Positions 1-13,970 of a DNA stretch of 64,000 bases are shown here, in pieces. The notes under the pieces were generated by a model. It saw nothing but the letters and a program-made list of their open reading frames with translations, made no database searches and was not told where the DNA came from. Where the stretch lies: contig NC_042999.1 of the NCBI RefSeq assembly GCF_006345805.1, positions 81,282,001-81,346,000 on the forward strand, in the 5' to 3' direction. Origin of the DNA: Octopus sinensis. Its lineage: Eukaryota. The translations under genes were made by a program, and so were the position numbers. Every line of letters begins with the position of its first letter. Within the stretch, counting starts at the first letter, position 1.

Positions 1-696
1 AGGCCCAGTTTTGAATAAAGAAACAACTAACAACCTATTTGTTAAGTGCAATATTTTAACAGGATTATTTTCAGATGTTTCTAATTCATTATAAATCAGT
101 ATCATAAATATGTCAACATATAAAGCATTACATATCAACAAAATATGAAGAAGGCTAACTATTCAAATTGAGTTTATGTAATTGCCTGTATGTCCAGTTA
201 TCTAATTTGTATATTTAATCCTTTGAAGAGTCCTTCTATAAATATATACTGATAGACATTTGTACGAATATTTGTATGTTCATATTTCGATATTTGCATG
301 TTGTTATGTGGGCATAGGAATGCATATGTATTTGTACATCTGTATAATTCTGGGCAGGACTATTCCCATCAAACTATGTATAAAATGTATAGTTTTGAAT
401 GTAACCCACCCAATGTATTTAAATGGTTTCAAAAATAATCATACACTTCATTTCAATCGCCTTAGTTAAAATATATTTTCAAGAAGCACTCATTATTGAG
501 GACAATGCATCGTTTAGGAGAAACGGTTTTAAAACAATAAAACTGATTTAGTAATTATAGGCATCTACATTTTCATGTCATGTGGTAGCGAATAAAGACA
601 GATGATAGGATTTACATAAAGAAATACTAAGCTCTGCCTATGTTCTTTCTCTCATTATTGTTGTGCTATTTGCATAACGCCGTAGCCCAGCTCTGG

Positions 697-737
<41 letters not shown>

Positions 738-890
738 AATACATACACATGCTGATCTATGATTTACGTTGGATTCCTTATTCGCATAATAATCCGGGTT
801 CAGTCCCACTGCATATATGTATATTATTTATATTATTACTTGATTGAACGCCACGCATCCCTTTCCAAATAAGTTTATCTTATATATACA

Positions 891-1080
<190 letters not shown>

Positions 1081-1334
1081 AGTAATAATAATGAATTAAT
1101 AATTAATAATTTTACTAAGTAGTTCGGTATGTTAAAAGAACCATCATCGGTAAACTTATACAAAAATTCTATAATCATGGGTATAATTACAAATTAATGG
1201 TTCAGCAAAATTTGCTTCACCACATACCGAAATTTAGAAATAGTAGTTTAACTGCTATTTCTAAATTATGTATATATATATATATATATATTATATATTA
1301 TATATATATATATATAATATATATATATATATAA

Positions 1335-1382
<48 letters not shown>

Positions 1383-1580
1383 TGTATAGAGGGCATTATT
1401 ACACATAAATGCCTCACATTTATTATGTGTAATAATGCCCTCTATACAATATAGATATAATTAATTTGTTCAAAAGAAAAAATTTATTTTCGAATTCTTT
1501 TCTTTTATGAGGTTTTCACGCTAACTACCCGATAATTCTTGTTATGATCCCTTATTAAGAGGTTATCCTTAATTGTTAAA

Positions 1581-1640
<60 letters not shown>

Positions 1641-2128
1641 TATATATATATATATATATAATATATATATATATGTATATGTATGTATATATACATATAT
1701 ATTCAGTATATATATATATATTCAGAATATGTATATATATATATATATATACACATACACATATATATAAGTAAAACATTGAAACGTTGAGTTTTGAATC
1801 AGGTGTGACTACTGTTCATATCATCTGTTGATAATTTTTAATATTGATATCACTAGTATTGACACAAATGGATCGCAGGCGCGATAGCATTATATAGTTA
1901 TGTATTATAATTTAGCAGGAAGCGTAATGATGCTTAACATATATCTACCTGCTACAAATGAGAGCAAAAGTCTTAAACTAATCCACCGTATCGCACCAAG
2001 ATAACAGAAAAACAGCATGCGAGGAAAACAGAAAGAATTAAAGCATTGAACAGCACGAAATAAAACAAAATATTATGCAATTAGGAATATCCACAAACCA
2101 GGTCTCGGCTTTTGTGCATTTCATATAT

Positions 2129-2167
<39 letters not shown>

Positions 2168-2171
<4 letters not shown>

Positions 2172-2331
2172 CATCATTAAGGGCAAACGAAAAAATTTCT
2201 AATGCTGGATATGCCGAAAAATTGGATATATTGTCCATTAACCATATAATTATATGGTTAATGGACAATATGTCCAATTTTTCGGCATATCTGGCATTAG
2301 AAATTTTTTGGTTTGCCCTTAATTATGAATT
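2168..2331. repeat. 164-bp near-perfect loopless palindrome
   Basis: 82-bp arms centred on ccatataa|ttatatgg (2249/2250), about five mismatches by eye. Confidence 0.92.
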
Positions 2332-2436
2332 GTTTATAGATTTAACCTTTAAAGGTATTTTTTGATATGCTGGTCATTGATAATTTTTTTTGGGGGGGAA
2401 AGAATATTTTTCGAAAAAAATTTTATCCTACATTAG

Positions 2437-2472
<36 letters not shown>

Positions 2473-2959
2473 CCGTAATAATGAAGGGTGAAATTAATTA
2501 ATTTGGAATAATTATCAATTACACCAAGTAGTCTTCGGCATGTAAAAGCCTCATTCGAGGAAATGTAGTCTTCTACTTATTACTTATATATATATATATA
2601 TATACATATACATATGTATGCATATACATATATATCCATATGTGTTTGTGTTTGTGTGTGTATAAATATATATAAAATCTATAACCACCTCTTCACACGT
2701 TGTGATGATGCTATCTGAAATTACATATTGAATACCGTACATGAGATTTGTGTGAAACATTTGAATGAGATACATTAACTAAGAATTCTCAGGCTTATCT
2801 CGGTGAAGTATTTCGCTTAAATTAAATGCGGAAAAACTGCATTCAGTGAACTTATCAGGGTCATGAACAGAGAGAAAGAGATAGAGTGAGATAGTAACAA
2901 GGAGAGAGAGAGAGAGAGAGGGAGCGTGATGGAGAGACCGGGAGAGATTATAAGTGGGT

Positions 2960-3352
2960 GTTAAATTTTTTCCTACCCACAGGGTTTATGGTTCAGTCCT
3001 ACTACGTGTCACTTTTGGGTAGAGTTTTCTTCTATAGCCTCGGGCCGACGAAAGCCGTCTCCGTGGATATGGTAGACGGAAACTGGGAGAAGTCCATCAT
3101 ATGCATATATATGTGTGTGTATGTGTGCGTACGTGTGTGTATGCATGTGTGTGTATGCCTGTGTGTGTAGTGTGCGTGTGTATGCGTGTGTGAGTGTTTA
3201 TCCCCCATGACCGCTTGAAAACCGGTATTGGTGCGTTTACGTCCCCGTAACTTTGCGGTAGAATAAGTACGAAGTTTAACAATAAAGCACTGACTCTTTC
3301 GGCTAAAATATTTCAAGATGACGCCCCAGTGTTGCCGCAGTCTCATGGCCAA
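2960..3352 (+). mobile_element. tRNA-derived SINE family A, degenerate copy
   Basis: Collinear with the 14684-15088 copy (ggttcagtcc...ctatagcctcgggccgac...ggtagacggaaactg, internal TG tract, same tail). Confidence 0.8.
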
Positions 3353-5339
3353 AACATTTATGTGCTAGGATTTATTTATTCAATATTGTACCCATTGTGT
3401 AGGGTGAACATAAAATTAAACCCCAAAGACATTTAATACAAATTATACATTCTGCACCACGACTCCCCCGAATTAGGCAGAATATAGAATTTAAATGCTC
3501 GGGTTAAAATATCTCAAGTTCTTGGCAACTGTCTCTGAAATAAATGCTTGCTTTTAATTTATTGCATGTCGTCGCGTGTTTGTGTCTTCTTTTGCTTCGT
3601 TTAGATGCATTGGAATGCGTTTATGTGTAAAATATGTGCCCTTAATTGGGAGCTTGTGGTTTTGAGATATTCCTGTTTGACGTTTCTGCATCCAAAACAA
3701 TCCCTATTAATCTTAGAAGTGTTAGAAAAAAAGAATTAATCTAACAATACAATAAAATATTGCTTCTGTTGAATGTATTTTTTATTTATTTATGTTTATT
3801 TCAAATTTTTTTTGTCAGAGTTAAATCCTTAAGGATTACAATGTATAGACACCGAAAAATTCTGTTTATTTCTTTTTAAACGATTTTAGTTTTAAGTAAT
3901 TAACACATACAGAATAGATTATCAGCTTGAAAGCGCGAATAAGATTCAATCTTTTCATTCCATAGCATTCATAAGAAGAGAAATAGACTTTAATGACTTG
4001 GCTACACAAAGGAGTCCAACTATATAGTAGTCTCCTCATCAGAAAGTAAATAAAATAAATCATTTCCCCAAGTCACTTTCACTAACTAAGCTGTCTACAT
4101 GTGTGCGAAGTATTGTTCTGTTTAACGTCTACTGTTTGTGAATTATTGATCCAAGCCAGAGACTTCTAAATCTTTCAAATTTAAATTAACTGTACGATAA
4201 ACTTCCCAGCTGTATATAATTCACTGAAGTTACTTGCTTCCTACTCGAGTGTTTATTTTACCAGTTAACGTTCTTCTGAATAGAGAGTGTATTTCATTAT
4301 ATTTTGCTACTTTCCAGTACCTTGACTGTGAATAGCTTAACTCGAGCTGATGTTAGCTAGAACGATATTGGGAATAAGCAAATACGTGAGATAAACTAAG
4401 GTATTTTCAACAAGCAAACAAAATAAACATGAAATAAAGTAAAAATGCATGTTAAAGTTCTCTGTAAACGGATTACCTGACGTGATTCTGGATTGAAGCC
4501 ATATCACAATAATTACGCATTCATTGCCCTTAAGAAAGGCATTTGATTTACAATGCAAGTTTCCTAACCTAGAAATAAATTGGAAGCCATGTTCCTTGTT
4601 AAAAAGAAACCCTAAGATTTGTAAATTCTATCACTGCTAACTTACAATTTTAAGCTATGGCTGCACATTATATATTATAAATATATTCATGATAAGAACC
4701 ACAGTACATTTCACATATTGTACTTCTGTCATTGTGAGAATTACGTCTCTCCCAGTATTATAATCCTACTTCCATTCTATATACAGATCATTTTGCATTA
4801 AGTCAATATAATTTATATTTCCAATGATTATTACATATGGATCCTCCAAATTTACACAAATACAGAATCAAATCTCTCGTACTATGTATTCTGCTTTATG
4901 GACATTTCAACATTATTGTTATACTATTTAATTAACTGAATATTTCTTTTAGCATTTCATATACGTAGATTAAAGGAAACATTAAAATGCTGATATAAGC
5001 AAAATATCAGATTAAAACATATCTTCGACTTATCAAAAATACGAACTAAAATATGTATTTACAAAGAAAATATGAATGACTTATGCGAGAAATAGATGAA
5101 TCACCAAATATCACTCTCACCATCAAGATTCAGTTACATCATATAACAGACCTGCAATGGGTATGTATGACACTGGCAATGGAAAATATTAGGTATATTC
5201 TGCCAATTATATCTATTTGTATATATACATACACACACACGCACGGTTTTTCATTTAAAGCTGTACTTCTACTGTAATAAATACCTGTAATAAATATACT
5301 AGTTTGTTAATTCTTATACAGAGAAAACCAAATGCTATT

Positions 5340-6300
5340 CGCAAGACTCCAACCACAGAATGTTCTTCAATGAGAAGATCACTTGCCACTTTCGCCCGAG
5401 TAACCTTTATTCTCTGTCCTATGAATCTAGACAATTTGGAATCAAAAGCAACACATTAAACTACATTTTAGAGTAGCGTAGTTCGGCTTTGATGATAACT
5501 AAACAGCAAAAGATATTCAGGGTAGTAACCCACTCAGGCAATTGAGTCGACTCTTAACTTCTTACACATTAAGTCTCTTCAGTGAAATGCTTAGCGCATC
5601 GGTAACAGTTAGATGTCCTTGTGAAACTTCTTAATTCACAAACACTGTAGGACAAACAAGTTTGCGAAATATTATTCACAAAACATTTCGAGTCACAGTA
5701 TTGAAAGCCTTGGTAACATCTACAAAGATCTGATATATTTGTAAACTATATTTAAAATATATCTCCTGTTACTGCCGCTCCATGTTTGGACGCAATTTCA
5801 CTTTTTGGTGGAACAGAAAGTCAGACCCAGATCAATAATCTAATAAGCAATAACTTGCCAAGAATCGTAGCAACGGCTTCGAGTACACTGATAACACAAT
5901 GGTCGTTGCTTATTCTTTGGATGATTTGGCCTTGCTCAAGGATGTGATTATATCTCTAACGTCATGGAGCATATCACATCCTTTCTAGATTCGCAATATC
6001 TGAAAATCTGCGAAGTACTACTGTAACCTCCATATCTCGAAAGCTCAGTTGGATTCGAAACCAGACCAGGAGCTTCCAATTTTACTGACCAGGAGCTTAC
6101 CAATTTTACTGAAGTCAATGGTAATAAATTCATTATCTCTGCAGTTACGTCCGTCTAGTTGAGACTTCTGTTTAACACTTAATCGATTTCTGATGGATTA
6201 TGAAACAAAACAGTGACATTTTCCCAACATCGCTTCATAATACAATCAATATCCTTCTACAAATTACTACACGTATCATGTAGAGGTTCAGAATTCTTCC
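5340..6300 (-). mobile_element. RTE-clade LINE reverse-transcriptase relic
   Basis: Minus-strand translation gives KLEAPGL..PTELSRYGG, NDHCVISVLEAVATILGKLLLIRL and FVDVTKAFNTVTRNVL*IIFRKLVCP, matching RTE RT motifs; many stops and frameshifts. Confidence 0.7.
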
Positions 6301-6699
6301 AAATCCTTCCTATCTGAAGATATGATAGGCCATGATGTTTTCTTTCATTCTTCACATTTCTCCTTGCAATGTTCCTTTCCATTGCTTGAAAAAGGTTTTA
6401 CCTTCTGGTATCTTTGCCAGACTCGCTTGAAACTATTTACACACCTACTCACATGTGTACATACTCTCATATACCCATGCGTGCGTACGTCTGTACGTAT
6501 GTACGTATTTGTAAATACAAACATAGATCCATACGTATACACATGCACACACACACAGACGCACACGCACACACATGTATACAATTTGCGAGATGTATGT
6601 CAGGACATACTTGGTAATTCAATAAAATTAGTTGTATTTTGATAAAAGAAAAATTATGCACATATCCACAATAAGCTTCCTTACCAGATTATTTTATGA

Positions 6700-7330
6700 A
6701 TCTGAGTAAAGGTACAATGACTGTTTCAGTGCGGAAACAGGATCGATGTATGACTTCAATAAATGATATTTATCCAATTCGCAAATCACCTTGAAAGTGG
6801 GATCCTTCAGTGAAGATACGGTCTTGCACGATTATCGATTTGTTTCCCTTTTAAAAGCGCTCCAACCAAGGGATTTAAATCTGGTATGTTTGGCAGCCAT
6901 AAGTTTGGTGTCTCATGATCGAAAAGATTATCTGACATGCATTCTTTACTTACGTGGTCTTTGATATCAGAATATCCTTCACATAACTATCGATCTTTCT
7001 TTTTTCAGATGTTTTGCCATGGTAGAATGAAAGCATTATATATACGGAAGAAATTTTAAACTTGTTAAAAGACCGCTAGTCTCGGACAATTTAGCCTCTT
7101 TGCATCCAATATCTTCGCGCACCACAGTTCTGATAGTTCACTTCGACAGCTTAATTTCTTTAGCGCGGTGATTTTCATTAACTTATCATGATCAACATCA
7201 TTAATATTTTCCATTGCATGAACCTCGGTGTCTTTATAGTGTCCAAAAGTCTTGAAGGTTATTTTTTCTTTTTGATACAGTAGGAACATAATTGAAACCA
7301 GATCAAAATTTTAATTTGTTATTCGTGATG
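6700..7330 (-). mobile_element. Tc1/mariner transposase C-terminal relic
   Basis: Minus strand reads MSDNLFDHETPNLWLPNIPDLNPL, resembling the WPPNSPDLNPLD motif; heavily degenerate. Confidence 0.55.
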
Positions 7331-7976
7331 GTACGTGATGAAATTTGTCGTGCCAAAATTGATTGAGTTAACTTATCCTAGCAATTACATAATAGCTTAT
7401 TTATGAAATATAACTCATATACACGTACGGTACCGAATGTATGTGCGTGTTGACACAGAATGGTATAAAAAACGTGATTTAACAGTGTTGTCTGACAAAT
7501 GTGCTTGGTAATCTTAAACATATTGGCTCTTGTACTCGAAGCAGTTTTGGTAATCCACCGTATGCATATACACATGCTACATAAAACATCGACTTAGCTT
7601 GTTTTCAAATAAGTTTTATGCGATACTACAGTCGATATTCAGCAAATATGTTAAATAATGCTATCATAAAATCTGTTATTGCATCTTTCTCTCTCTCTTT
7701 GTCTCTCTCTCTCTCTCTCTTCGTCTCTCTTAATGCTTGTGCAAGACCTGAACATGATATAAACTAGTTATAGTCAAATAAAATTGAATTTGCTAAGCAT
7801 TTTATATCAATTTTGAATTGATGCAAAAGGCTGGAGTTAAAAATAAATTTAATAAAATTTCTTATCGTATTTCACGACTAAAGGAAATTATGACAGCATC
7901 TTCAACATTTATCATATTTTAATGCACCAGGCATATCTGAACGAAGAATAATATTAACTTCTTTTGTCTCTTCGTT

Positions 7977-8010
<34 letters not shown>

Positions 8011-8807
8011 TAACGAATAACTATTGTAAGGTGTCAAACGTGTCTACATTTATGTTTATATTTGTGGACGTCTGAGCGAATTAGCAAGTCATAAATATAG
8101 ATTAAATAATAAGTTATTATTTCTCGTTTAATGTGTTTTATGTATGTATGCATATATGTATGCATTTATGTGTGTATGTATTTATGTATGTATATGTAGT
8201 CCACATTATATTACATTAAATCACATAAGGTCAATGGGGTGACCAACAACGATAGAACGCTAGACAAAATGCCACACAGAATTTAGTGTCGAGTGTCTTT
8301 CTTGTTCTTAGAGGTTCTTAGATACTCTTATATCATAGTTGTTAACATTATTTACTGCTGCAGAGTTAGCAAATTTGGGAGAGAAATGAGTAAATAGCAT
8401 TTTCTATTTGGTTTTAATCATTTGGTTTCTGAGTTCAAATCCACGTCCTCAAGTGGGAGACCAGAATGAACTGATGCCAACGGCACTGTAAAACTAACAA
8501 ATTGCTGTCATTGACAATTAAATTTCCTTCTGTAGGAAATGTTATCTGCAATAATCTAACATATGTAATCTGCTTAAATTTACAAGAAGAAAGCTATGAT
8601 TTCATAGATTCTTAAGATCAAGAAAGTATTGGCTTGCATAAAAAGAACATTTAGTTAAGAAATATAACTGCAGAAATACGAATTATTCATAAATGTTTAT
8701 AAGTTCTATTGCATTAATACAGTTCTATATTTAAGAGATGAGGAATTATGTACATTATTTACATTATTTACATTCGACGAATATCTATCGTCATCTTGTT
8801 TGTTGTT

Positions 8808-8854
8808 AACACAAAGTTCCGGCTGATATTCCCTCCAGCCTTCTTTAGGTGTTT
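8808..8854 (-). ncRNA. Degenerate minimal type-I hammerhead motif in PLE terminal repeat
   Basis: AAACAC CUAAAGA A GGCUGG-loop-UCAGCC GGAAC UUU GUGUU; stems I and II pair, core mutated; homologous to 36942-36985. Confidence 0.6.
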
Positions 8855-8915
8855 TGGAGAAAGTTCGAACCTGGGTTCTCATTCCTAAGGTATTTTTCAA
8901 TGATATTATTACTAT

Positions 8916-8970
8916 TGAACTCGGAATCTTGGGGTTAGTAGCCCGCTCTCTTACCCATTACGCCATATGC
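8916..8970 (-). promoter_or_regulatory. tRNA-like module with Pol III A box and truncated B box inside the PLE 3' repeat
   Basis: Minus strand ggcatatggcgtaatgggtaagagagcgggctactaaccccaagattccgagttcaa: A box TGGCGTAATGG, B box GAGTTCAA. Confidence 0.7.
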
Positions 8971-11641
8971 CTGTGGGCTATTATGATATGAATTTTAGAG
9001 CTTATATATCTAATATTTCTCTATCCTTCATTAATACCGGTTCCTATATGCTGCTCATATTTGTACTCGGTCTTCTTAGGAGGTTGTTGTGTCCAAGCAT
9101 AAGTGCTGCTTCTTTTACTTTTCGTATTTTCCAGTTGTGTTCTGTATTATTTCAAATGGTCTCCATTTTTCCTTACATGATCAGCTATACTCGATTTATC
9201 AATGTATCCTCGTGTCACAGCTTTGCAATGTTCATCAACCCTCATTTTGATGGGGCTGCATGTTTCCCTTTGTATAATTTACCACAGCTGCATGGGATTG
9301 ATTACATGCAATCTTTAGTCATATTCTCTTCTACTGGTGGTTTTACTTGGAGATATTTGCGAAGTGTTGTATTGCACTTGAATACTGGCCTAATGTCATA
9401 TGGGTCGCATATCTTTTGTATCTTTTCGGGGAGGCCTTCAGCATAGGGTAGACAGACTGTGGACAGTTTGTTGGCCTTATCCTCTCTCTTCTTCATAATT
9501 GGAGTGGATAGTATACTTTTGCTGTAGTTGTGGCTTAACAGATCGTTATTGAGATTGATCATTTCTTTGTGGTGTGTGTCACGATCGGTACTTATATTCT
9601 TTGCACGATATTTTATGCACTGCGCAATCCCTGTCTTTACACTGTATGGAGTGTGGGAATTGAAGTTGAAGTATCGTCCAGTACATGTCGGCTTACGGTA
9701 TACGGATGTCCTGAATTCATACTTGGTGCGTGTTATTAATACGTCCATGAATGCCAGCTGATTGTCTTTTTCTTCTTCCATTGTGAAATGTATGGATGGC
9801 TTTATTGAGTTCACATGATCTAACAGCACTTGGGCATCTTCTTAGTGGGGGCCAAAGTATAAAGGTGTCATCAACATATCATAGCCATAGCGTTGGTTTT
9901 AATGGTATTGATCCTACAGCCTATTGCATTGATGAACGAAAAATGATCGGTTGACATTGCTACCCTTGAATGGTTTATAAAAATACGGTATTTAAGCCCG
10001 CCAACATATCTGAAATAAAGGAGAAATATTGCCACAGCTGTAAGTGCATGTTTTTTCATATAATTGTTTCAAGAGTTAGGTATCTATCACCATGTTAAGT
10101 CCAACCTGAAGAGAAATTGCACACATTTGTTGAAATATATTTTTCAGATTCCAAAACACTGTTTTCTTTTTTTGTCCTGTGTAAATGAGTAGATAAAGAT
10201 ATAAAACTGAGCAGATAAAATTATGAAACTGAGTAGATACAAATATGAAACTGAATAGATCGATAAATAAGGCACATTCAAAGAACATTTAAGTTTCGTT
10301 AGTCGACGTAGTAGATATTCAATTAAAATTAAGCTCATGTCCAGAACGATATTTAAATAAAACGGATCCCTGAAATTTTCGATTAAGCGATCATTGTTAT
10401 TATAACATTCAAGTCAGAAGACATAAATGTTAGTGCTCGTTTGAATTTCGATAAATTATAGCAGGTTTTAATGCTGTATACTACAGACGACGTATCCTGC
10501 TTCGCCTTCGGTTTGATAGAATTTCCCATTTCTCTTGTTACACAAACACACCACTCAAACACATACACACACACACACCCTCTATCTTTCTCACACGCAA
10601 ACACACCACACACATACACACTCACACACACCACACATACATACACACTCACACACACAAATTTATATGTATGAATATCCGAAATTCATAAAAAATCTCT
10701 TCCTCTGCTTAATTTTTTTCTGCAGGGTATAAAGTACATCCATGTAGTTTAAATGATTACTTGATCTGTACATATGTTTCTACAATAAAACCCTTTTATT
10801 AACATGGTTCGTCCCGCTCATTTCTGAGTCTTTATTCTACATGGGTCACATTTGCTATTCATTATTCTGACGTCAATTTAATATATATTCTAATAATTGC
10901 CGCTAGTCAGTACACTCGACTATACACAGAACTATGAATAGAAAGATATTTTCTCGAAGCATGGTGCGATAAATGAATAGAAAATATACGACATGGGCAT
11001 ATATATGCGTATGTACGAATAGACCGTTGCACGTGAGCATGGGAATGAAACATAGAGAATAACACACTCATATACACACATACAGAGGCAAACACACATA
11101 CATGAACGTATGTATATGCGCTTGTACTCGTATATGTGTGTACATGCACTTATATAACGATGTTGTAATATTCGTGTGGTGTAGTATTAAATGTGGACAG
11201 TATACATTCGGGAATTGTAATTCGTAAGATGAATTAAATACTGGGCTAGTCAGCTATCCGGTTTTATTACATTACTGTCAGAAAAATAGTGGACGTTCTT
11301 TTCAACTATAACATAACCACACCATTCGCTCTCCATCAAACCAAACTCACACGCTTTACTACTTTTATTGTGCCTTTCAGTCTCTCTATATATGATTCTC
11401 ATTCCATTTTCGTTTCTCTCTCTCTCTCTCTCACTCTCTCCTTCTCTTTCTCTCTGTTTCTCACATTTCCATATTGTTTCTTTCTGCTTGATATTTTACT
11501 CTTACTAATCTCTCATTGTATTTAGCACTCTAGATGCATGCTAGACGTATTAAACTTTTATTCTCTCCCAGTCCAATCTACTCTCCGTGGTCCTATTATA
11601 ATTTACTCTCTCAAACATCAGCTCTTTGCCTTAGAACATCT

Positions 11642-11673
<32 letters not shown>

Positions 11674-12117
11674 ATTACTCTGTCTCTTTCACAAAACTGT
11701 CTTTATCTCTCTGTGAATACATGTTTTTCTATGGTACCTCTCCTAATTTCTTCATTTCATGGTGCGATTCGCTTATTCATTCTTTCTGTGATAAGCTTGT
11801 TTTATATTTTTCATTCTATAATAATTTCCCTCATTCTATCTTCCATCACAGCCATCAGATGATCTAAAACAGTTAACTTCTCCTATCTCTCGTAAATTTT
11901 TTGATTAAACTTTTTCCTCTGTCTCATTACTCTCTCTCTCTCTCTCTTTCTCTCTCTCCCTCTCTTTCTCTCTGTCGTCGTATCCTGTGAGTAAGCATTT
12001 ATACACACACTTTCAATGCCTATCTATACACATGCACGTGTAGAATGTATTATATATATATATATATATATATATGTACATGCATACATACAAAGATATT
12101 AATATATATATATATAT

Positions 12118-12155
<38 letters not shown>

Positions 12156-12776
12156 TATATATGTATGTATGTATGTATGTATATATGTATGTATGTGTAT
12201 TACAATCTGCACAGTCTTTAATATTAAGAATCTCTTTCAGTTTGTACTTATTCTTTGTTCGTTTCTTTCTACCTTATTCTTTCTCGTTCTTTTTTTTTTC
12301 AGTTTTTCTCCCCCCCCCCATCCCTAGTCTCACCTGCATGCTTCGTTCCTGATTTTATAACTCTCTGTTTCCTTATCTTTCTCACTCCCTTATTTTCTGC
12401 TACATTCTCTGTATTTCGCAATCGATTCGTCGCTAAAGTTCTTTTCTTATCTGACTATATCTATCACCATTCTATCGCTTTTCGTCTTTTTCATTCACCT
12501 TCTCTTGTGTTCTGCTCTGTCTATCAGATTGTTGCTACTGCGTTCTTTATGAAACACTAAACTCTCTCTTTTCTTCTTCATTCAAAACTCTCTGTATATT
12601 TCTCTCATTCAGCTATTAATATTTTTCTATCAGACTTCCACCATTGTATCCCATTTTATCAAAATTTTTCGTCATAGTCCAAAGTACATGTAAATGTTCT
12701 CTCTCTCTCTCTCTCTCTCTCACTCTCTCTCACTCGCTCTCTCTGTATATGTATATATGTTTATGCTTGTGTGTGA

Positions 12777-12825
<49 letters not shown>

Positions 12826-13202
12826 GCATATGTAGCAGGCATGTACGTAGCTGACTATTTTCTCTCTCTCTCATTTTTGTTCAGTCTGTCTCCTTCTCAA
12901 TCGCATACCTCCTTTATATCTCTATCAACTTCATGACAGTTTCCATTCCAATTACCAGGGACAGAAATATGAATATTGATGGCTAAAAATTTGAATAAAT
13001 TACTTCATGAATATTTCATTAGAATATTCCATACGACACTGATTTGGCAGAATATTACTTTAAGTGCTTCTTGCTGAATTTTCATTTTAATACGAAAATA
13101 TTAAAAATGTCGTTTCCAAACATATTTCTGCCGCCCATGCCTTTATTGCCGGAGTGGAAGATAGATTTTAATAGTTTTTGCTTTTGACCACCAATATCTT
13201 CA

Positions 13203-13234
<32 letters not shown>

Positions 13235-13380
13235 AATGATGGCGATGACGACGATGATGATGATGATGATGATGGCGACGATGATAATGATAATAATAAA
13301 AATAAGAGGGAGGAGGAGAAAACAACAATAAAAACTATGAAATCGAAATAAAAACAAATAAGAACGACAGTAGTAATAAT

Positions 13381-13393
13381 AATGATTTCAATA

Positions 13394-13441
<48 letters not shown>

Positions 13442-13497
13442 TAATAATAATAATAATAATAATAATAGTATTAATATTAATAATAATAATAATAATG
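13381..13497. repeat. (AAT)n microsatellite, preceded by a (GAT)n tract at about 13203-13290
   Basis: Direct sequence. Confidence 0.95.
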
Positions 13498-13700
13498 ATA
13501 AAGGCCAATAGGCGAGATATAGTTGGCAGAGATCATGAAGGAAAAAATGCTTTCTAATTGATGTATCAATACCAGCAGATGACAACGTTTCTCTAAAATA
13601 AAAGGTGAGACTCTAAGAATACAAAGACCTGGTAAAAGAGGTAAGTCGAATGTGGAATATAAAACAGAAACAATTCCTATCATAGTAGGTGCATTGTTTT
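13497..13700 (+). mobile_element. R4/Dong-like LINE restriction-like endonuclease fragment
   Basis: IKANRRDIVGRDHEG / CFLIDVSIPADDNVSLK / YKDLVKEVSRMWN / TETIPIIVGAL; begins directly after (AAT)n. Confidence 0.75.
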
Positions 13701-13898
13701 TGCTACTTGTGCTTATTCATAAGTATAATAAACGAATTACAGTAGTATGGCATAGCGTGTCGTAATACAAACTCGTAAGGAAATGTATAAGTGGGAAAGT
13801 GACTAAGAGTAAAGTAGTACAAAATTTTTAGAATAATGTATATTAATCAGTCAAAATAATTTAGTTAATTTGTGAAACATACGAATTTATATAATATA

Positions 13899-13967
<69 letters not shown>

Positions 13968-13970
<3 letters not shown>

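Larger units (their letters stand above)
8718..10060 (-). mobile_element. Penelope-like retroelement (Poseidon-type), 5'-truncated: RT core, thumb, GIY-YIG and 3' terminal repeat
   Basis: KPTLWL*YVDDTFILWP near 9860-9910; ORF 9302-9829 (SIHFTMEEEKDNQLAFMDVLI..TSVYRKPTCTGRY); IPCSCGKLY...MRVDEH endonuclease segment; frame ends at TAA 9002-9004. Confidence 0.88.

Noticed and set aside
1-545. Possible PLE 3' end (GPVLNKET.. then ttgagga...gagaaacgg)
   Set aside because: Too degenerate and truncated by the window edge; stems cannot be placed
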